Shown here in pieces: positions 35,693-48,461 of a stretch of 64,000 nt of DNA. The stretch covers positions 40,362,001-40,426,000 of the forward strand of contig NC_043000.1 in assembly GCF_006345805.1 (NCBI RefSeq). Direction: 5' to 3'. How positions within the stretch are numbered: position 1 is the first letter of the stretch; the number at the start of each line of letters is the position of its first letter. The DNA comes from Octopus sinensis (lineage: Eukaryota). The notes beneath the pieces are model-generated. The model was not told where the DNA came from and did no database searches. It was given only the letters and a program-made list of their open reading frames with translations. The translations under genes were made by a program, and so were the position numbers.

Positions 35693-38575
35693 CTATAACT
35701 ATAACTATAAAAGAGAGTTTGTATGTGTGTGTTTGTGCGTGCGTATGTACCTTATGCATTCCAAAACCGAGTTGCCGATTTTCACGTAAGGGGTATCAAA
35801 AGATTCAGTAAGCTTTTGGCTATCAGGTAAACTATATTTTCATTCACATATTTGCATTACAAAAATTTGACATTATCATTTTTCTTTTAGTCACCTATCG
35901 TAAACAACATTCTATATTATCACCACAACGACGATAACGTCACATTTTCTATATGAGTGTGTTCGCACTTTCGTTACCTACGTTAGGCCGATGACTGACA
36001 AGTATATATGTGTGATGGTGTATGTGTCTGTCACTATACATACATTTTTGTGATGACTGACACATACACACACATACATCTAAATACAGAGACAGACACA
36101 CACAAGGACAGAGATAGGCTTCAGGTTTGTACGTGTGTGTATGTGTCTCATAGTTTATGCATGTAACTCCCCCTAACTGAAACGCACCGATATTGAAAGT
36201 TTACTTGCGGCCTGGACTTCAAACTAATAACAACGTTCACTTTCAAGTACTACCAACATGAAGATTTGGTTGATTTAACACCACTCACAATACCTGCAAA
36301 TATATCTGGAAAAAAATACTATTCTGGTTGGCGAAGTAGAAAGCCTGAGCGGCTCTTTCAATATAATTACAGAAATGTTATTCCTCTCCTTCTAACCAGT
36401 TTCAAGATAATGTTTTTTTAACAGTGTTTGTATTCTTCATCACTGTGAGTATCAACGTCGTACAACCATTTTACTGCGTTACTCAGTATTTATTCTACAG
36501 CCTATAACGTTACACAATTCAAAAATATATAGTAATGTCAATTTGTTTTATACCTTGCTACAAACATTTTTCAGCATCTTCCTTTTTTATACATTTGGTT
36601 CAGCGTTTGTTTCAAAATTGTAAAATAAATTATTTTTATACGAAAAATTGAATTATGCCTTCTGAATTTTCTTGAACTTTCACTTTCTTCACCTTGACAT
36701 TCATTCAAGCCTGAATTTTATAACATTTAGGACATGTTTTAAATAGATGTTGACTTTCTGTACTTTTTTACTTTGGTGACGCTTACTAATTTGCTAAACA
36801 GGTGACTTTCCATTTTTTGATAACATAACTATGCTACAGAAAGTATGTTTTGCATCTATATTGACTACATTTCGTTTCGCTTGAACTTCGTGTGTGAACG
36901 TTTTGCTCTTTTCAGTATTATCAATTCTATGAGTGTGTGTGTGTGTGTGTGTGTGTTTCTGCATTCGCTACGTCTATAGTAAACTATAGTAAAGAACATT
37001 TTACGCTGTTTTAATGAGCCCACATCTAATGAAGTAGCCATCCTTATGGTTGGTGATCCCGCTGAAAATCATGATTTTCTCATTCGTGTTCGAGATAACA
37101 ATCTTAAACGCGCTTCACAGACTCATCCCTCTTATGATGCTCTCCAGTATACTCTTATTTTATGGAATGGTCAAGATGGATATTTTTTCAGTATTCCTCG
37201 GATTGAACCTGCAACAGGATAGCCAATTACAAACAAAGGGTGTCGTCAAATGACTTCTATTCTACCAACTGATGACCAGAAAAATAAAATCCTTTCTACT
37301 ATAGGCGCAAGGCCTGAAATTTCGGGAGAGGGGTCCAGTCGATTACATCGACCCAGTGTCTCACAAGTACTTAACTTATCGACCTCGAAAGGATGAAAGG
37401 CAAAGTTGACACTTGTGGCATTTGAACTCAAAACGTAAAGACAGGCAAAATACCGCTCAAACATTTTGCCCAGCATGCTAACGATTTTGTCATCTCGCCG
37501 CCTTCGAGAACAATCAAATCAATTACACATGCCAAATAAACTTTATTTTCATTTCCATATTTTCTACGTTATCTCAATAACCAGCAATAGTTATTTCAAA
37601 TACACTTCTCTACAACGACCAAGTTTCATTAGAAAATGAAAATAGTTTCACACTTTCAATTTAAATCAAAATTGCAAAGTGTTGCATTACAAACATGACG
37701 ATGGGTGAATAATTAAAGTAATGTTTCTCCGAATTAGTCACATGTGTATTATAATAAAGAAAGCTGCTTATTATCTATCTGCCAAATAAACTATGTTTTT
37801 GGCTCAACAACTCTTTTTTACAACTAAAATAACCTCGGAAACTAGATTGGGGCGCACAATTTTTAGGTAATGTTCGGACAATATTTTGGTTTGTTTCCAA
37901 TGTATCAATTTCGTCCGATGTTTCACACATGCGTAGAAACATCTCACTTCAAAGCAAATGTCGCATTTTCCGTTTATCCTCTCATTCAATTTCTGTTGTT
38001 TTTAGTATGTCGGGTTTTCTGGTGGTAGTCTGGTATTTTTTAAGTTTACTATTTCAGTAGAATTCTACGCATGCAGAAAACATCAGACAAAAGTGATAGA
38101 TTGGGAGATTTTAACTTTTTGAAAGCTGGTAGGTGATGGGCGGGCGAGGTTGGAGAAGGGGCATTGTGTGTTTCTTTAAGAAAAATTAAACTATAAAAAT
38201 TATATATTTCCCAGATTCATAATCTCTGTATTTTTCTACGTAGATAAAAAATATTGAAAAAAGTTACAAATTAAGAAATTGCGGTGGGGATAGGAAAAAA
38301 TTAAAATTTTGAAAACGTGATTTCTGGACAAAGTCATATTAACCTTTTATACGCTGAAACAATGCATAGCTTCTGATCCTTCTTAAGAACAGAAAGCACT
38401 TTCATGCAAACCCATGCAAATTATACTCTCGCCCTTCATTATTAAACAAAAAAAAAACTTCCATTATTCCATTAACTATATATCAGCTGTGCCGATTCTG
38501 TCCATAAGAAAGGAGCAAAATATACAATATGCATGTAGGTCATAACGCCCGGGTAACGCCGGCATGCATTGCTAG
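35692..38575 (+). mobile_element. Probable non-autonomous Helitron (the two termini may belong to different copies)
   Basis: 5' A|TCTATAACTATA...AAAAGAGAGTTTGTATGTG start; 3' GC-rich hairpin (CCGG-GTAACG-CCGG, 38547-38563), then 8 nt, then CTAG|T; no TSD. Confidence 0.5.
37283..37502 (-). mobile_element. SINE family B
   Basis: Full-length reverse-complement match to family B. Confidence 0.8.
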
Positions 38576-39299
38576 TATGTGTATATATATGATCTGCTGC
38601 AAAGATCAATTTTGGCTAAGTTCCTCGTCCCTCAATTAGATGCTGATGATGATGAACTATAAGCTCAACGATAGTACTTCCCATCCTCTCAATAGCTCTA
38701 TATACAAGACTGGAGATGAAAAAAAAAAAGGCTGGTCATTCCTCTAAAATCTTTATAAACAGTTATGATTTCTGACGAACTTATGAACAATTATGAACTT
38801 ATTTTACTGCCTATTTTGAACACTTTTATGTAAACTGTTTAATATAAAGCTTCTCTTAACATTTTCTTATCATTGTCAAAGATTCTATTTCTTAATATTT
38901 TCTTATCATTATCAAAGACTCTATCACTGTATTATAATACATCTTTGTTAACTAACCTTTAACAGCGCGAAGGCTACCAAAAGCCTTGCACTTTACTTTT
39001 GAAAATCTTTTTTTTTTTTAAGTGAAACCGGTCAAGCCAATAAACATGTTTAAAATACCTCTGCATTTTCAAATCCTCTTCCCTATATATTTTCACTCGT
39101 GCGGTACCTTACGAACTTTTACACCTTCTATACTGGACCATTCTACCTGGATTCTTTACCTGGACTTTCTACTCTCGTACACTTCAGCTGCACCTCTCCT
39201 GCCCATGGATTACACTCGACTCCTCTGTTAATGAGAAATCGCCCCAATACACCACGTCGTTCGAAGTTTTTGAACTTTTCTTAACTTTTCTTAACTTTT

Positions 39300-39480
39300 T
39301 TGTACTTTCTAAACATTTTTGTACTATTTTCTCTCCTTGTTTCTTTCTGTGTTCCTTTCGAGCGTAGGCTCGAAGCGTTAAAGACTTTTTCACTTCCCGA
39401 GCGTTAAACTAATACATCTGTTTGTTGTCTACACCACCTGTCTTCGTCTTTTGTTTTTTTGTGAATTTCCGTCTCTCTCA
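39300..39480 (+). mobile_element. Penelope-type module H2 with a decayed hammerhead core
   Basis: Homologous to 16680-16870; the core CUGNNGA is deleted and GAAA has become GAAG. Confidence 0.55.
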
Positions 39481-39864
39481 TTAATCAAACACCCAACGAA
39501 CACTGAAAGTGAACCTGCTTATGTACGTATGTATGTATATATATATATATATATACATAAGCACGCACTTACACACAAGCTCACACAAATACATATTTGT
39601 TTGTAAATTTGAAAAACAATGACTCACAATAACTTTTATGACTCGTCTCGTTTCTCTGACCAAAGGAATAAAGAACTTAACAAATTTTGTTGAAGAGGAA
39701 ACGAAATTCGTCTCACAATAGTCATCCTGTTTTTTAAATACATCAACTCCAATCCTATATGAGTAATTTACCTCAGTTTCAGTATTATATGAAACAGTTT
39801 GTTAGCTTCCACTCAAACTACCCTACAATCATTCTCACAAAATTTGAGAAAGACATTAAAAAAA

Positions 39865-39874
39865 AAGAAAAGAA

Positions 39875-39960
<86 letters not shown>
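39865..39960. repeat. (AAAG)n microsatellite
   Basis: Direct reading. Confidence 0.95.
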
Positions 39961-40506
39961 GAAATGCTGAGCATTGTCCTTCCTCATATTTTAGTAGCTC
40001 AAATGTTAGCAAGCGAGCACGAGGTGACAAGAGGCATTTTATGTTGTCTGGAGATGTACTGGAAAAAGCATCCAAATCTCTCTCATATCGCAGCTCGGTT
40101 TTGGAAGAGAAAGGGAAATGTAGTTCCAAGTATATTTCTAAATAGATGAAATGGTCGTGACTAGAATACTAGAAAGTTTCTACGTGGACACTGGTCTGTT
40201 TGAAATATCAGCAAAATCTCCCTCAGAATACAATATATGTATGTTGACACAGGCGTGACTGTGTGGTAAGAAATTAGGATGCGAAATGGTCAAGTGCCCT
40301 GAAAGTGATTTGTTGTGGATGGTAGTAGTGATTGAATTCTTGAGACATCTCTTTTGGATGTATTGTTTATACTTGCGTAGGTGTTATTCTAAACAGCAAT
40401 AGTAGTCAAGTAAGGAAGGAGGTGGCGGAGAAGAAGAAGATGAAGAACAAGAAGGAGAAAGAGGAGAGAGAATAATAAAGGAATGCAGGTGGTGTGTATG
40501 TATATA

Positions 40507-40574
<68 letters not shown>

Positions 40575-41357
40575 ATGTATGTATGTATGTATGTATGTAT
40601 GTATGTATGTATGCATGCATGTATGTTTGTATGTTAAGATTTTGTGCCAATAGAGAAAGAATCGCTTTCTAACATAGATCTAAGGCTCCTTCACTGGAAT
40701 TTCAACATCAACAACAGGGTATGTATGTATAAAATTAATGAAAAGACAAGGGAACTGGAATTATTTAATAAACATTACTAGCTTCCCATCAATTCAACGG
40801 TGTTCTTTCGCATGTATTTAAATGCTTTCCAAAATAAACAGTCACTTCCTTTAAAAAGCCCAGAGCTTGCTATAAGACGATGGACCCGCATGCAGTTCTG
40901 AATGCTTTGTTTCTTATTGTAGAAACAGCCATAAGCAAATGAAGCTAGTTGCGTAACTCCTGTTCCTTTGTCATTTCATTAATACTCACATTACGCTCTA
41001 TACTCGCCTTTCGATTTATTATGAAGCATATGCATAATGAAAAGTCATTAGTGCCGCTATGCCTAAAATGAGAGAGAGAGATGCATGTATGTAGGCGTGT
41101 ATGTATTGTGAAAGATTCCTGTCGGAATCCAGACATAGTGCATATAATCCATGATTATATGATATATAACGCCGTTGTTAGCAAATGAATAACTAGGTAG
41201 ACACCAATTATAGCAACATAACTAGTGAAACCTTATTACAATGTCTTGAAATCAAAAGGCTAAACTGATAGTGCAACACCGACAGCGCAAGCGAGAAAGG
41301 AATCAAGTAACAGCACGATTATCAATGAAAATGAATGGAATCTCTATATCGTGGTAA

Positions 41358-41457
<100 letters not shown>

Positions 41458-41627
41458 GTAACACCGTACTGAAAACTGAACCGTGTAAACCTAACGAGTT
41501 TCCTTCGTGTACTTATTAATGTAGACAGATACTTCTGGGGGAAAATGTGTGCATGTGTAGATACATATTGAATATCCATATACATATATATATATATATA
41601 TACACACACATATATATATATACACTA

Positions 41628-41695
<68 letters not shown>

Positions 41696-41784
41696 TGATA
41701 GATAGATATATATATATATAATATATATATATATACATATTCTAATAGCCTCTCTCCTCAAAGAATAAAACAGGATATTAGGGT

Positions 41785-41883
<99 letters not shown>

Positions 41884-42436
41884 TATATATACACTATATA
41901 TAATATACACTATATATATATATGTATGTATATATATATATACATACTCTAATATCCTCTGTTTCTCAAAGAATGAAACAGAGGATATTAGAGATGACAG
42001 TACTCTCTTTCTTCCCTCTTTCCCGCTTTCTTTCTCTCTCTCTCTCTCTCACTCTCTTTCCCTCATACACACACAAATACATTATAAATAAGCGCCTGTG
42101 TGAGTCTGCGTGAGTACATGTGTATGCGTAAATTTGTAAATGTGTTTGGTGTATGTATGTTTGTGTATGTGTATGTGTGTGTACGTGTGTATTTTAAAAT
42201 ATTCGTATGAATGACTGCATAAATAGCTGTGTGCTTAAAGGTTCACCTCACAGCTCTGTGGTCCTGGATTCGGTCATACAGCATGGCATCTGGTGCAAGT
42301 ATCTTTTTTATCGTGGTACCAGCTCAACCAATGCTTTCTGTATAAAATTTCACAAATGGTACCTATAGATTACCTCCATTGGTTGGTTAGACATTATACA
42401 TGATTTCTTGGTCCCTTTAGTTGTAGAGTACACGTT

Positions 42437-42770
42437 GTGAAGGTGCATGACTCGCTGGTTAGAGCGTCGGGCTCACAATCACGGTGTAGTGAGTTCGACT
42501 CCTGGACCAAGCTGTTTTGTGTTCTTGGGCAAGACACTTTATTTCAAGTTGTTCCAGTTAACTTACCTGTAGAAGTGATATGAGATATGAGCTTTATTGG
42601 CTTTTACCTTTCCCTTGGATAACATCGGTGGCATGGAGAGGAGAGGCTGATATGCATGGGCGACTGCTGGTCTTCCATAAACGACCTTGCCTCGACTTGT
42701 GCCTCAGAGAGTAACTTTCGCAGTGCATTCGCACGGTCATTCATGACCGAAGAGGGTCTTTCCGCTTTAC
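42437..42770 (+). mobile_element. SINE family C
   Basis: GGTGCATGACTCGCTGGTTAGAGC A-box, GAGTTCGACTCC B-box, core homologous to 27028-27312. Confidence 0.75.
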
Positions 42771-42898
42771 ACGTTGTAATAAGACTTCAAGCTATGTCTT
42801 CGATACCCTCCTCTTTTCTCCTCACCTCTCTTGAAAACCTTAAAAACACTTAAGGGCGTTGCCCTTCCACACCTGACTAAACCAAAAATAAAAAGTTA

Positions 42899-43315
42899 TG
42901 GCAAACGCGACTTTATGGTAAGAAATTTGCTTGCTTCCCAATCTCGTGGTTCTGGGTTCGGTCTTACTGCGTGGAATTTTGGGCAAATATCACCAACTAT
43001 AGCCCCGGGCCGATCACTACTTTGCGAATGGATTTGACAAACGAAAACTAAAAGAAGACCATGTATGTGTATGAATTTGTGTGTGCGTGTGTGATGTGTG
43101 TGTCCCTACCATTGCTTGAAAAAAGGAGTTGGTTTGTTTATGTCCACCTAACTGAACAGTTCGGCAAGACACCAATATAATAAATACTAAGCTTCAAAGA
43201 TACATAATGAGGTTGATTTGTTCGACTGAAAAAAAAAATACAAAAGTATAACCTCTTCAAGGCGGTGCACCATCATGGCCGCACTCCAATAACTGCAACA
43301 AGTAAAAGATAAAGA
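42899..43315 (+). mobile_element. Decayed SINE family A
   Basis: Head TGGTAAGAAATTTGCTTGCTTCCC to tail GGCGGTGCACCATCATGGCCGCAC...CAAGTAAAAG. Confidence 0.75.
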
Positions 43316-43652
43316 TATATATAAAAACAGAGGAAGGACGAACAGACAGAATGATAATGGTGAGTGACAGGTTATCCCCTCCACCACCTTACTAATTCAC
43401 TCACAGTCGCCCGTTTCCCCATTTAACATTCCACAGAAGTTATTTCCCAGTTTTATTGCATTACATTGTATTTGTTACAATATGTACTCAATTTCTTCTC
43501 AACCGAAGAATGTGAATATATATATATGTGTGTGAGTGTGTGTGTGTGTCTGTGTGTGTGTGTGTATGTGTGTGTGTATGTGTGTGTGTGTGTTTGTGTG
43601 TGTGTCTGTGTGTGTGCTTGCATATACGTATGTATGCACACACAAACATACC

Positions 43653-43719
<67 letters not shown>

Positions 43720-45597
43720 CGTTTTCGTTTTCGTTTTTCTTGTTTCAGCTCAGAGCTGCGGCCATGCTGATGCACTGCCGTTTTGTGCTACACTGTTATG
43801 TGGCACTTGGTGAAGAATGGAGTTTGATATAGCACCTCTTGCCGTGAGGTAGGTTTATCTGGGACTCTTGACAGGAAGATGCCCAGCTTTGATTTAAAAA
43901 CCGCTACATCTACTTTGTGCAAGTTCCTCAGACTCTTTGGGAAAATATTAAAAAGCTGTGGCCCTTGAAACCCAGGCTGTTGCAGTAGCTGGTCCTGAAG
44001 CTTGATGGCATTGCTGGAATCTTTGGCACTATGCAGTGTCGTCCCGTTCTAGCATTGGTGTAGCTTACAATGCCAAAATTTGGCACAATTCCTTCCAGGA
44101 TCTTCCAGACATATATTACTGCATACCTCGCCTGTCTTCTCTCCAGGGAGTAGAGTCTTAGCTGTTTCAACCTTTCCCAGTAGCTGAGCTGTTGCAAAGA
44201 GACGATCTTCTTTGTGAATCTTCTCTGGATTTCTTCAAGGTCCGCTGTTAATTTCACACTGGTGGGTGACCATAGCTGTAAGCAGTAATCCAGGCGGCTG
44301 AAGACTAATGTCCGCCAGAGGACCATCATAGTTTCCTTATCTCTGGTTCTGCATGTTCTTAGGATCCATCCAGCCAGTCGTCTGCACTTTGTCGCCATCC
44401 TGGTAACGTGCACTTGGAAAGAGGTATCCTCACTCATGTCGATACCCAGGTCCCTCACAGGCTCTGGGATTGAAATTCCCTGTGGACCGGTGTATCCTGT
44501 AAGTTTAATATTCAGTTTTGGATGCTGGTAGCGCAGGGCCTGGAATTTTTCAGCATTAAACTACATATTATTATCCTCAGCCCATCTGTAGGTTGAGTCC
44601 AACTCCTTCTGCAGGTGTGCATCATCGCTGGGGTTCTGTATTTTCTGCGAGACTTTCATATCGTCTGCATAGCTTGCCAGAGTGGCTATCTGGGCATTTG
44701 AGGGCATATATGAGAGGGCCACTATAAAAGGCAGTGGTCCCAAGACAGTGTCCTGTGGAACACAGCTCACTATTTGTGTGTTCATAGAGGTAGCTCCATT
44801 AACCACTACTTCCTGACTCCTATCTTTCAGGAAGTCATGAAATCACACTTCAAGTTTTCCAGCTATGCCGAGGTCACGCAGTTTGGGGCATATCATACCA
44901 TGATCCACCTTGTCAAAAGCTTTTGCAAAATCAAGGTAGATTACGTCCACATTTGATTTGTTGAGTAACTGCCTCAACACCCAGTCATAATGTTGTAAGA
45001 GCTGCGTCAGGCAGCTCCTACCTGATCGAAAACCATGCTGGGTATCACTCAGCAAGTTATTTTCCTCAAAGAATGCGATTAGTTTCTTTCTGACTATCCG
45101 TTCCATGACTTTGCTGATGTGTGAAGTAAGAGAGATAGGCCTATAGTTTTTGGCATCTGTTCTACTTCCCCCTTTATGTTTTGGGCATATTATTCCCTCC
45201 TTCAGCTTGCTTGGCAGTTTGCCATTTGTAAGAAAGCTCTGGAAGAGAATCTTGAGGGGTTCTGCCAGGGCATGCTTACACGCTTTGAGGAGAATTGCTG
45301 GGAAACCATCTGGACCAGCAGTTGAGTTTGTGCCCACTTCATCTATGGCTAGTAGGACATCTTCTTCGCTAATATCAATACATCCTATTGTAACCGCCTC
45401 GCTGGTTATACGTGAGGCAGCAAAGAAGTTCACTGGTTCGTTCACTTGTCTGTGTTCTAACGGTGTGGTAAAGACACTTTTGAACTGGTCATTCAGCATC
45501 TCACTGATCTTAGTTGGACTGTCTGTGAGGGAGTCATCCTTTTGGAGGAGGGGTCCTATCTTGTAGTATGCAGAGACTGTTTCTTTCGCGTAATGAA
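43720..45597 (-). mobile_element. CR1-group LINE ORF2 (RT) pseudogene with an intact 3' end
   Basis: Minus ORFs 44843-45595 (GPDG, NYRPISLTS, QHGFRSGRSCLTQL, DVIYLDFAKAFDKVDH), 44561-44806 (VPQDTVLGP, YADD) and 43928-44458 (LERR); tail CAGCATGGCCGCAGCTCTGAGCTGAAACAAG plus (AAAACG)n. Confidence 0.92.
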
Positions 45598-45925
45598 CAA
45601 AACATAATAGAGCTGTCTGTGTTTGGGCCGAAAGTAACCAGACATACAGCCTAAAGGAAGCACCCGAAATCTCTCCAATCTGAACTTCCACAAAGCAGAT
45701 TGGAAATTGATCCAAAGAGAGATCCTCAGAGAGGACTGGCCGGAATGTCTCTCCACACCAGACATTGACATGAAACTAGAATGTTTCATGTTTTCTGTGC
45801 AAGCCGTATGCCAGAAATATGTCCCAGATCACAAGGCCGAAACAAATAGGAGCAAGATTCCAAGAGAAAGGAAGATCCTCATGAGACGACGGACGAAGGT
45901 TGCAAATCGTCTCAACCAACATCCC
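45598..45925 (+). mobile_element. Inverted 5' segment of the same CR1-group LINE (APE end and linker)
   Basis: Plus strand (H)NIIEL...NLNFHKADWKLIQREI...RRRTKVANRLNQHP, the region that normally precedes YAK...IGPL. Confidence 0.8.
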
Positions 45926-46713
45926 ATTAAATTATTAAAAAAATTTTTTTAAATTAAAAAAAATTTTTTTAAACTATTTGAAAAATTTTTGAAAACTTTT
46001 TGGGGGAAATTTTGAAAAAATTTTTCTAAAATTTTTGGGGTAAATTATCAAAAAATTTTTCTAACATTTTGGGAGTAAATTTAAAAAAAAATTTTTTTTT
46101 AATTTTGTGGGAAATTTTCAAAAATTTTTGTGGAAAATTTTCGGGGAAAAGTTTTCAGAAAATTTTTCGAAAATTTTTGGAGAAAATTTTCAAAATATTT
46201 TGATAAGTTTTTGAAAATTTCCAACAAAATTTTTCAAAATGTTTTTTGGAAATTTTAATCAAAATTTTTGAAATATTTTTTGAACATTTTTATTAAAATT
46301 ATGAAAATTTTTATCGAAGTTTCTTGAAAAGTTTTTTGAAAATTTTCATCAAAATTTTTGAAAATTTTCATCAAAATTTTTGAAAATTTTTTAGAAAATT
46401 TTCATTAAAATATGAGAAAGTTTTATGAAGATTTTCATCAAAATTTTTGAAAATGTTTCTGTAAATTTTCAGAAAACTGCTCAAATATTTTTATGAAGAT
46501 TTTCAAAAAACTTTCAAAAATTTTGATGAAAATTTTCAAAAAACTTTCAGAAATTTTGATGAAAATTTTCGAAAAACTTCTCAAAAGTTTCGATGAAAGT
46601 TTTCAGAAAAATTTTCAAAAACTTTTCAAAAACTTTGATGGAAATTTTCAAAAAACCTTTCAAACATTTTGATGGATATTTTCAAAAAAAAACTTTTCAA
46701 ACATTTTGATGAA
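45926..46713. repeat. A/T-tract tandem array (11/22/33-bp periodicity) that flips orientation at ~46450-46520
   Basis: AAAATTTTCATCAAAATTTTTG at 46339 and 46361; its exact reverse complement CAAAAATTTTGATGAAAATTTT at 46515. Confidence 0.8.
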
Positions 46714-46816
46714 TAGTGGTGTGTGAATAGGTAATTCTTGTAGAAAAACTTGCAGAAAAGACCCATGCAGATCTATGTGTGTGTATAAGTGAGTGTCTGT
46801 CTGTGCGTGTGTTTGT

Positions 46817-47280
46817 GTGAAGGTGCATGGCGTGAGGGTTTGTGTGCTGCTCTCACGATCACAAGATCATGGTTCGATTCTTGGCCTGGTCAGTGTGTTG
46901 TGTTGAACAGAATACGTCATTTCACGTTGCTCCAGTCCATTAGATTGTTAACAAGTAACCCTGTGACGTACTGGCGCCCTTTTCAGGGGAAATGTGATCT
47001 CGCTTACGTATACACTAAGGAAAGTGGGTAACTGGCCTTGTGAGACCTGTAAGTAGTTAGGGTGTTCTGCTCACGATCGTAAGATCGTGTGTTCGATACC
47101 TGGTGGCGCGTTGTACCTTTATGCCAGACACTTTTTTTCACATTGTTTCAGTCGACTCAGCTGGCAAAAATGAGTAGAACCTGTATTTGGAAGGGCCATT
47201 AATATCACATTCTGTGTCGCGCTGAATTTTCCTGAGAACTACGTTAGGGGTACACGTGTTTGTTGAGTGCTCAGCCACCT
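46817..47280 (+). mobile_element. Two tandem decayed tRNA-derived SINEs (46817-47050 and 47052-47280)
   Basis: Each has CTCACGATC...GGTTCGAT B-box heads and CAC/CATTTCAC...CCAGTC.A.TCAGCTG core-like sequence. Confidence 0.6.
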
Positions 47281-47365
47281 CCAAAGTTAATTCCACGAGA
47301 AGTCTGAATATTGCAATATTCGTTGTCGTCGTAGCCGACGGAGTGCCAGTTAGTTATGATAGATA

Positions 47366-47450
47366 GATAGTTAGATAGATAGATAGACAGATAGATAGAG
47401 AGACAGACAGAAAGACAAACAGACAGACAGATAGATAGAAAGATAGATAA

Positions 47451-47510
<60 letters not shown>

Positions 47511-47530
47511 GTAGATAGATAGATAGATAG
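47366..47530. repeat. (GATA)n/(GACA)n microsatellite
   Basis: Direct reading. Confidence 0.95.
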
Positions 47531-48429
47531 ACACACAGACAGACAGATACATGTTCATGCATACACACCCACATGCACACCCATAATGGAAGAGCTTGTA
47601 GCTAATATAATTAAGGGGAATTTTTGAGAATTATTTTATATGTAAGAGAGGGGTGAGGGCGGGCGCGCAAGTGAGTGCGCTGCGTACGTGTAAGTGTAAG
47701 TGTGAGTATACACGCGTGTATGTGTGTATTCCTTATATTTAGACTGAGTTGACGACTTCACTGTATCACAAGAAGTTATTTTACGTAATGACTATAGAAG
47801 AGGAATTAAAGTTCACAGCTTTGTATGTGTTTGTTCCATATGCTAAAAATAGCACCTAAATTTCGAACAAATCTTATCCTGTCACCTTAGAAAAAGTAAG
47901 GCCATATGGATAATGTACCTGTAGAGATACAAAAGAGACAAGATAACCACGGTCAGGATATCTTTCCTCGTATGCCCTCTCCATTTAGACTGACATGGGC
48001 TTAAACAGAAACAACATCAATATCCTCTTGCGCTCTTCTCCTTCTTCATCTCTCTCTCTATCTCTCTCACACACATACACTCACACATCACATTTAATAA
48101 TGTATGCAGTCAAAACGGCTGGTCACGGCCGGAATGTTTTGATCATAGGTTTTCATCAATCAGAGTTGATTTGGAGTTAAACATCAACAGCGGTTCCTTA
48201 TTCAGGCCCAATTTTGGGGGAGAGGAAAAGGTCGATGCCATCAGCCCGGAAAAGATGAACTCCACAAAAGCAAGGTGGACTGGGTTATTTGAGAATTAGG
48301 TAAGTCTATGCTAGAGATACGAAACCCAGACCACATCAACTCGATCAATTAAATTGCTACGCACTGCAGTTTAATTCAGGCAAATCTTTATACCAAACAC
48401 TAACTTGGGATGTTTGCCCCCCACCCCGC

Positions 48430-48461
<32 letters not shown>

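Noticed and set aside
37804-37989. Cys/His spacing (KCDICFEVRCFYACVKH) reminiscent of a piggyBac C-terminal domain
   Set aside because: Too short, with no upstream transposase motifs and no TTAA-bounded TIRs.
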